In this document: one piece after another, positions 45,182 through 50,987 of the stretch
Numbering within the stretch: position 1 is the stretch's first letter
Layout of the letters: each line of letters starts with the position of its first letter
Source of the DNA: a virus
Lineage: Duplodnaviria > Caudoviricetes
Direction: 5' to 3' (one strand)
DNA: 50,987 nt
IMG/VR virus record: IMGVR_UViG_3300025382_000013
Location: 1-50,987 of that record
Position numbers and translations under genes: made by a program
The notes under the pieces: model-generated
The model's input: the letters and a program-made list of their open reading frames with translations, nothing else
Databases searched by the model: none
What the model was told of the DNA's origin: nothing

Positions 45182-46648
45182 TTATTTAGACCAATCCACT
45201 TTTTCTAAAGTAAATGGATATTTGGCTTCCTTGTAAAATTTCTTTCTTTCTGTAAGATGCCTTTTAGCAAACTTACATGTGGACGTAATGTCCCATATTT
45301 GGACAAAGTCCTTGTCTTCTGCCTTACGGATGCCTCTACCTATACTTTGAATAACTCTAACAAACGACTTACCAGGCTCAAGAAGTACCATGTTAAAGAT
45401 ACGAGGAATATTAATACCGACAGCCGCGACGCCATAAGTTGCAACAATAATTTTATTATCGCTTGTTTTAATTTCGTCATACTCTTCCTTACGATCTTTT
45501 GTCTTAACTTCGCCTGATACAAATACTGCTTCTGGTAACTCGTTTATTAGAAATTTGCCTGAATCGATTCTATTAACTAGAACTAGTGTGTTACCTGAGA
45601 GTGATATTTTTTTAATTAATTTTGATAGATAAATCATCCTGTCATCGTCTGTGACAAGATATTTTAATTCTTCTTGATATGTCTTAAACTCGGGTAAATC
45701 TATTAATTGTACAACATTTACATGACATGTAGACAATACGCCCATCTCTTGTAATTCGTGTGCTTTAATTCCGCCAACTACTGGTCCAAGACTTGCAAAA
45801 ATAGGCTGTGCTTCAAAATCCCCTTTAGGAACTGTGCCGGTTAGTCCCCAGCGTATTGGAGCATTACATAGGTTTTGTGTGAGTAAATTCTTTAATACTT
45901 CGGCTTTGGCCATGTGAACTTCGTCAACTATAACTGTCTTAACTCCGTCAAGAAATTCTGCTAGTGTAGTGATATCATGCTCGTGAGCTTTTGATTTTTT
46001 ATCTAAAATATTAAGACTTTGCCAAGTACAGATGGTGTGCGTCTTGTTGAGATCCTTGCGATCTCCGTAATAGACACCTACATCCAAACCAACTGCAATG
46101 AAATCTTCTTCTGTTTGTTCTACAAGACTTTTGTTAGGAACAATAGTAATAGTACGACCATATTTTTCTGCCAATTGACTCAAGGTTGCCGTTGTAATAG
46201 TTTTCCCGGCTCCTGTTGCAATTTCTTGTAGACTTTGTGTGTTAGTTAAAAATGTATTAATGGCATCAACTTGATAATCACGCAACATGATAGGTTGGCC
46301 TTCTTGTTGGTGTCCTTTAGGCCATACTTTTCCTTGATCCGCCCAGTATGTTTCCGTTACTGGTGTAAACTCAATGCGAGGAGTACTACGCAGATCTTCT
46401 AATTCATCAATATCTATATCCATGTTGGTTAGTATTTCGAGACATTTTTCCAATTGACTCAAATAACCATTTCCGCCGAGGCCAAACATACTGACTTTAC
46501 CGTCCCAACGTCCTAGTTTGTATGCAGGACGATGGCGAGCTGTAGGATCTTCATACTTGAATGTGTTGGTCAGTTTTTTACGAGCTTCTAATGATAGATT
46601 CTCAAATTTAATATTAACCTCATCCCGTATGACTAATTTTACTGTCAT
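45182..46648 (-). CDS. uvsW: SF2 DNA helicase UvsW
   Basis: LRDYQ, ATGAGKT, DEVH, GLTGT, QSIGRG.R, in recombination cluster. Confidence 0.88.
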   Translation of the reverse strand: MTVKLVIRDEVNIKFENLSLEARKKLTNTFKYEDPTARHRPAYKLGRWDGKVSMFGLGGNGYLSQLEKCLEILTNMDIDIDELEDLRSTPRIEFTPVTETYWADQGKVWPKGHQQEGQPIMLRDYQVDAINTFLTNTQSLQEIATGAGKTITTATLSQLAEKYGRTITIVPNKSLVEQTEEDFIAVGLDVGVYYGDRKDLNKTHTICTWQSLNILDKKSKAHEHDITTLAEFLDGVKTVIVDEVHMAKAEVLKNLLTQNLCNAPIRWGLTGTVPKGDFEAQPIFASLGPVVGGIKAHELQEMGVLSTCHVNVVQLIDLPEFKTYQEELKYLVTDDDRMIYLSKLIKKISLSGNTLVLVNRIDSGKFLINELPEAVFVSGEVKTKDRKEEYDEIKTSDNKIIVATYGVAAVGINIPRIFNMVLLEPGKSFVRVIQSIGRGIRKAEDKDFVQIWDITSTCKFAKRHLTERKKFYKEAKYPFTLEKVDWSK

Positions 46649-47841
46649 TATCCTAGTATCCTATTATCAAACATTGTTTCTTTTTCAGCCCATTCAATAA
46701 TCAAATCACAGCAATTGGCATACACACTAGTTTTGCCATGCCTGAGACCCATTTTTGTATCCAATGCCACTACACTCATAGGAGTCCATGCAGTCTTTAA
46801 GAAAAACTTTGGTAGCTTACCGCTCATTACTACTGCCACTTGTGTGTCGCTTGTAAGATTATAATTGTATTGTTTTTCTTTAATCAATTGGTTAAATTTC
46901 TTACCAGCAGTATCATTAGGTAGTCTAAAATAGACACCTATTTTATCAAAAATTCCGTTGTGTTCTAATGCAGTTGATAACATTTCTAAATTTTCATAAT
47001 ACTTGTCATTAACAAATGTATCAAACACTATTAGCATAGGTAAACGATGTAATTGTTTTAGAGAGTCAACAACACTGGTTAGATTGTATTCAGTTTTACT
47101 GATCCATACCTTGCTTTTATTACGATTGGCCACATATTCTATTAAGGTTTCTCCGGGATTTTTTGGATCTTCTGTAAAATATTGATAGCGTACACTTCTG
47201 TCATTTATGATGTTTTTGTCTATGGCAGTTGACAATCCGAGGTCCTCGGTAATGGCCTTTTGAAAGTTTTTATGCTCAATATTTGTAATTAAAAATTGGT
47301 CTCTAAAAGTAGTTTCTGACCAAGATTTTATGGTAGCATAGTGTGTCTTAATCAAGGCATCAATTTCAAAGTTATAAGGCGTTAATGCTTCTACTAACAA
47401 GACAATATTTTTTTCAGTAAGGTCAGCAGTGCATATTTTTCCAGCAGATGACTGAATAAAACCTTCAACTGACTTTGAAAGATCTGCTATAATTTTGCGA
47501 ATTTCTGAAGAAAATGTAAACTCTATTTTTATTCCGGATTCGCCTTGCTCGTCTTTATAGAGATATACTTTTCGTATTTGTTCAATTTTTCTAAATGGTC
47601 TACTCCACGATGGAGTAGTAACTGCCAACTCAATTGCCTCATGAAAATTCTTTATTTTTTTGGAATTTTCACGCAAAATCTTCAAAATTAAACCTGCTTG
47701 ATTCTCAGTAATAAATGCCGGATGAGTTACCGATGTTGCTAGACTCCTGAGTACGCGACTGTCTCTAGGGGCAATTAATTCCTCAATAGTAGGTGATGTG
47801 TCGGCCACAATAGCTAGAAGTAAATTGTCAGTAGTAGTCAT
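46648..47841 (-). CDS. Hypothetical protein
   Basis: 397-aa ORF coupled to uvsW. Confidence 0.7.
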   Translation of the reverse strand: MTTTDNLLLAIVADTSPTIEELIAPRDSRVLRSLATSVTHPAFITENQAGLILKILRENSKKIKNFHEAIELAVTTPSWSRPFRKIEQIRKVYLYKDEQGESGIKIEFTFSSEIRKIIADLSKSVEGFIQSSAGKICTADLTEKNIVLLVEALTPYNFEIDALIKTHYATIKSWSETTFRDQFLITNIEHKNFQKAITEDLGLSTAIDKNIINDRSVRYQYFTEDPKNPGETLIEYVANRNKSKVWISKTEYNLTSVVDSLKQLHRLPMLIVFDTFVNDKYYENLEMLSTALEHNGIFDKIGVYFRLPNDTAGKKFNQLIKEKQYNYNLTSDTQVAVVMSGKLPKFFLKTAWTPMSVVALDTKMGLRHGKTSVYANCCDLIIEWAEKETMFDNRILG

Positions 47842-47885
47842 ATATGTTAGTGTACACTAAGTTAATTGTAGAATCAACCTTTTAG

Positions 47886-47919
47886 AAAAAAATAGGCCTC
47901 AATATTATTTAAGGCCTAT
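47886..47919 (-). terminator. Rho-independent terminator after uvsY
   Basis: ATAGGCCT...AGGCCTAT followed by a T run on the minus strand. Confidence 0.7.
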
Positions 47920-47942
47920 AGGTATAGTTTTGAGCAGATTAG

Positions 47943-48398
47943 TTATACTGATGCATCTTCCATACCGGCAACACGTAGTTTTACAATGTTAGTGATTTGC
48001 CATTGTTTCTGATCTAATGCTTTTATGATTGCCAACCATTTGTTGCGTAGTAAAGCAAATTCGTTGATAATTTTTTCCATATCAACAACATCTGCTTCAC
48101 CTTCTACATATCGTTCACAATCTCTACTACTAAGAGCACGTTGATAGTTTTCAAGATATTTTCTAAAAAAACTACTTTTAAGTCTGCGTAGTTCTATGTT
48201 TAGATATTCTAATATTGCTTCAATTTCCTGTAGCTGATTGAATCTGTGTTCAACTACTCCAGGCATGCTTGCTGAAGATTTTTCAATATTACCAGTCAGT
48301 CGACATTCTTTTCGGGCTTCTATTAATTCACCCTCAAAGAATGCCACTGCATCCGGTATGTTAGAAATGTCTTTTGCAATATCAGTATACCAACCCAT
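47943..48398 (-). CDS. uvsY: Recombination mediator UvsY
   Basis: Coiled coil, Y...LS..D...YV.GE, K.WQI.NI.KLR.AG. Adjacent to uvsX. Confidence 0.75.
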   Translation of the reverse strand: MGWYTDIAKDISNIPDAVAFFEGELIEARKECRLTGNIEKSSASMPGVVEHRFNQLQEIEAILEYLNIELRRLKSSFFRKYLENYQRALSSRDCERYVEGEADVVDMEKIINEFALLRNKWLAIIKALDQKQWQITNIVKLRVAGMEDASV

Positions 48399-48631
48399 TA
48401 GAAATCCAATTCGTCGTAGTCTTCTGTGTCGTCTTCGTCATCATTCAAATAATAACCAATAGCTTGGTCTAGAGTTTCGTCTACACCTGTGGCATCTTTG
48501 AATACGCGATCCTGTACACCAAAGTCAGCAAGCAAATCGACATAACGCTCTGCCACTGTCTCTAATTGTTTTTTGTCTATATATTCGACAAACATTAACC
48601 AGATATCACCAATTTGTGTTTCACTCAACAT
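48398..48631 (-). CDS. Acidic hypothetical protein
   Basis: Coupled ORF between uvsX and uvsY. Confidence 0.65.
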   Translation of the reverse strand: MLSETQIGDIWLMFVEYIDKKQLETVAERYVDLLADFGVQDRVFKDATGVDETLDQAIGYYLNDDEDDTEDYDELDF

Positions 48632-49676
48632 TTTCTTCTGTCTCCTCGGGAATAGTAGTTGTTAAAGGTTTAATATGATAATTGTTCATTATCATATCTA
48701 ATTTATCATCTTTCCATTCTTTTCGGTAGAATTTGAATTCTTCACCAGTAGTAGGATCAACATACTTTAGTCTGTTGCCTTCTTGTTTTAATATGCCTTG
48801 TTTTTCTAACATATCAACCATACCGCTGTAAGGATTCATACCTGTTTCATATGGTATCTTAATCTGCACAGTTTCAAAAGGCTTGCTATAACGAGTTTTC
48901 ATAATTTTACAACTAGCACGAATACCCATTACATCTGACACCTTGTTGCCGTCTTCGTCTTCTTTCAATTTCAATTTTTTCATAGCAACAACAATACTAC
49001 TTGCGTAGACAAATCCTTGTCCGCCGCTGATCTTGTCATCAGGATCAAACATATCTTGACTTGCGTATGTATGGTTAGTACACACCATTCCGACATTATA
49101 GGATCCAAACATATTAACACAATTACGCACTAGAGCTGTAAGTGCTTTAGGTTTACGACCCATGTCGCCCTTTAGATCTCCCGCTTCAAACTGATTGATA
49201 TCGGTAGGGGTAAGCAACATACCCAATGAGTCTATGACAAATAAGACCTTAGGACGTTCTGTCATTTCTTTGTACTCTTTCATGAATTCGTGGATAGTTT
49301 TAGCCACATCATCAATCATAGCCATATTGAGCTTGAGTAGTTTATCTTCGCTAGTGTCCACACCCAATGCGTGTAACCAGCTTTCGTCAAGTGCATTTTC
49401 GCTGTCAATTAAGATAACATAAATGCCTTGTGCTTGTGCATTGCGTACTAGGTTACCTGAGCAGATAAAACTTTTTCCTGCACCAGATTCGCCTGCAAAC
49501 ACAGTAACTTTACCTAGCGGGATTCCTTTGTGGAAATCGCCACTGATTAGATAGTTAAGCGTATAATTGCCTGTACTGACCCAATCTGTAGGATCATTAA
49601 ATCCTACGCCGAGACCATCAATACTCTTGGTCAAGGTTTTTCTAAATTTCGATAAATCAAAGGCTTTTGTAGCCAT
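48621..49676 (-). CDS. uvsX: RecA-like recombinase UvsX
   Basis: GESGAGKS, DSENA, IDSLG, NHTY, SGG.G..YASS, K.R. Confidence 0.92.
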   Translation of the reverse strand: MATKAFDLSKFRKTLTKSIDGLGVGFNDPTDWVSTGNYTLNYLISGDFHKGIPLGKVTVFAGESGAGKSFICSGNLVRNAQAQGIYVILIDSENALDESWLHALGVDTSEDKLLKLNMAMIDDVAKTIHEFMKEYKEMTERPKVLFVIDSLGMLLTPTDINQFEAGDLKGDMGRKPKALTALVRNCVNMFGSYNVGMVCTNHTYASQDMFDPDDKISGGQGFVYASSIVVAMKKLKLKEDEDGNKVSDVMGIRASCKIMKTRYSKPFETVQIKIPYETGMNPYSGMVDMLEKQGILKQEGNRLKYVDPTTGEEFKFYRKEWKDDKLDMIMNNYHIKPLTTTIPEETEENVE

Positions 49677-49745
49677 ATATTAATACTCCTAAAAAGATAA
49701 CCCGAGCGTACAACTAGGTTGCAGAGGCTCGAGCCGTGTTTTGCT

Positions 49746-50729
49746 TTACGCTTTTTGACGATTACGAATCATTGCCAAAATGTCTTGGGCACGTGAGTCG
49801 CCGCCGGCACTTGCTTCAGCTTTTGGTGCTGGAGCAGGAGTAGACTTAGCTACTGGTGCTGGTTCATCATCAAAATCATCGCTCACTGCTGGAGCAGAAG
49901 ACTTAGGAGTTGCTTTATTAGGATCGCCTGTTGCTTGACCCATACCTGCTGGTTTGAAATACTGTCCCCAACGTTCCATGTCATATGGCTCGCCATCAAC
50001 TGAAGCTTCAAACATTTCTTTCATGACTTTTAATTCAACTTCGCTTGGCTTCTTAGGCAAGAAGTCTTGCAAATTAAATAAACCATACTGTTTGATAGCC
50101 GCTTGTTCGACATCACTCAATGGACGCTCGCGACGTGCCCAACTTGATGTTGAGTAGTCAGCATAACCTCCCTTGCTACCTTTCTTCATACGATAGTCTA
50201 AGCCATGTACAAAGTCAGTTGGCAAATCTTCCAATTCTGGATCGACTAATGCCGCACGAATTGATGTAAAGATTTGAGGGCCAATAATGAAACGGCGGAT
50301 TGGATTTTCTGGTTGTTCTTCAGCTTTTTCGCCAAGTCCGTCTTCTACAACGAAACCTTGGAAAATGTAAGAACGTTTTTTCCAGTACTTACGACCCATA
50401 TCTTCCAAACTAGGATCCTTAAACCAAGGACGTACTTCTGAAAGAATTGGACATGTATCGCCATACATTTCTACGCATGGGACTTGTACTGTGATGTTTT
50501 TGCTTTCTGATTCGCCTTTGATGCCTGCAAAGGGAAGTTTGATCATTGCACGTTCAACCCAGAAAAAAGTATTGTCTGTGTTGCCGTCTGGTAGGAATCG
50601 CATAACAGATTCTCCACCTTCTTTTAAGTTCCAGAACGGATAAATTGATTTATCTCCGCCTGTTCTTTCTCCTGAACCTTTTTGTTCAGATTGTTTTAGT
50701 TTTGCTCGAATTTCAGCCAAAGTTGCCAT
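49746..50729 (-). CDS. 32: Single-stranded DNA-binding protein (gp32-like)
   Basis: RFLPD.N....FW, CP, I.GP.IF, G.D...K...GYADY..S.W, acidic tail. Confidence 0.85.
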   Translation of the reverse strand: MATLAEIRAKLKQSEQKGSGERTGGDKSIYPFWNLKEGGESVMRFLPDGNTDNTFFWVERAMIKLPFAGIKGESESKNITVQVPCVEMYGDTCPILSEVRPWFKDPSLEDMGRKYWKKRSYIFQGFVVEDGLGEKAEEQPENPIRRFIIGPQIFTSIRAALVDPELEDLPTDFVHGLDYRMKKGSKGGYADYSTSSWARRERPLSDVEQAAIKQYGLFNLQDFLPKKPSEVELKVMKEMFEASVDGEPYDMERWGQYFKPAGMGQATGDPNKATPKSSAPAVSDDFDDEPAPVAKSTPAPAPKAEASAGGDSRAQDILAMIRNRQKA

Positions 50730-50871
50730 AATAATCTCCTATATTAGCCTTTAGTTTTTTGCCTATTATTGTTTTACACCTTGTAAAACAAAAAGTGCAT
50801 ATACATAGTATACGCACTTTTATTTAGCATTGCAAGAGAAATCTTGCCTGAAATATGAGTATTTTACTCAA

Positions 50872-50987
50872 TTAACGATAATGAACCAAACTAACTAGTC
50901 TTTGAATTTCATCAAGCTCAGTGGATTCGGCTGTCATTGTGCCTGGTTGCCCTGGGCGAACTCCTGGTTGTCTAGGAGCTGATGCCG
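50872..50987 (-). CDS. 3' end of a truncated upstream gene
   Basis: ...AESTELDEIQRLVSLVHYR stop, open to window end. Confidence 0.45.
   Translation of the reverse strand, partial: ASAPRQPGVRPGQPGTMTAESTELDEIQRLVSLVHYR

Noticed and set aside
1264-50157. Many short opposite-strand or nested ORFs in the track (e.g. 1264..1545, 3958..4338, 16459..16881, 31059..31475, 42642..43091)
   Set aside because: They are shadows of well-supported genes, with no RBS or motifs.
1-50987. Stop-codon reassignment
   Set aside because: Core genes are intact in the standard code, and TAA, TAG and TGA all end genes.

Overview
This window is part of a large T4-related (jumbo-type) tailed phage genome. The host is probably a Gram-negative bacterium with sigma70 and DnaA, likely a proteobacterium (inference). 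Left arm (1-18.65 kb, minus strand): accessory and host-like genes, including a non-specific nuclease, YbaN, HNH, AlgH/YqgE, an SGNH/PG-binding/lysozyme-like fusion, a GmhD-like epimerase, a PBP7-like peptidase, a 5'-nucleotidase, a family of small paralogues and two TPR-GT9 glycosyltransferases. A strand switch at 18.7-20.7 kb carries iteron-like repeats and a cluster of DnaA boxes. Centre (20.7-32.0 kb, plus strand): an early/host-takeover island of about 30 small genes driven by about 24 near-consensus sigma70 promoters that share an extended RBS (AAGGAGCGAA). It also holds a tRNA-Ile2(CAT) and an unannotated ~380-nt structured RNA. Right arm (34.2-51 kb, minus strand): structural-like genes and the replication/recombination block (gp41 helicase, carbamoyltransferase, primase, a 192-aa mini-DnaE, a gp62-like protein, UvsW, UvsY, UvsX, gp32). 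Best candidate for a new system: a terminator-capped RNA at the 3' end of the early island (about 32040-32194). Its two hairpin loops each display UUCGCUCC, exactly antisense to the GGAGCGAA RBS of ten early genes, while many late and middle genes look leaderless. This suggests a phage-encoded anti-RBS switch that silences the early regulon. All coordinates, counts and family calls were read by eye, with no database search.
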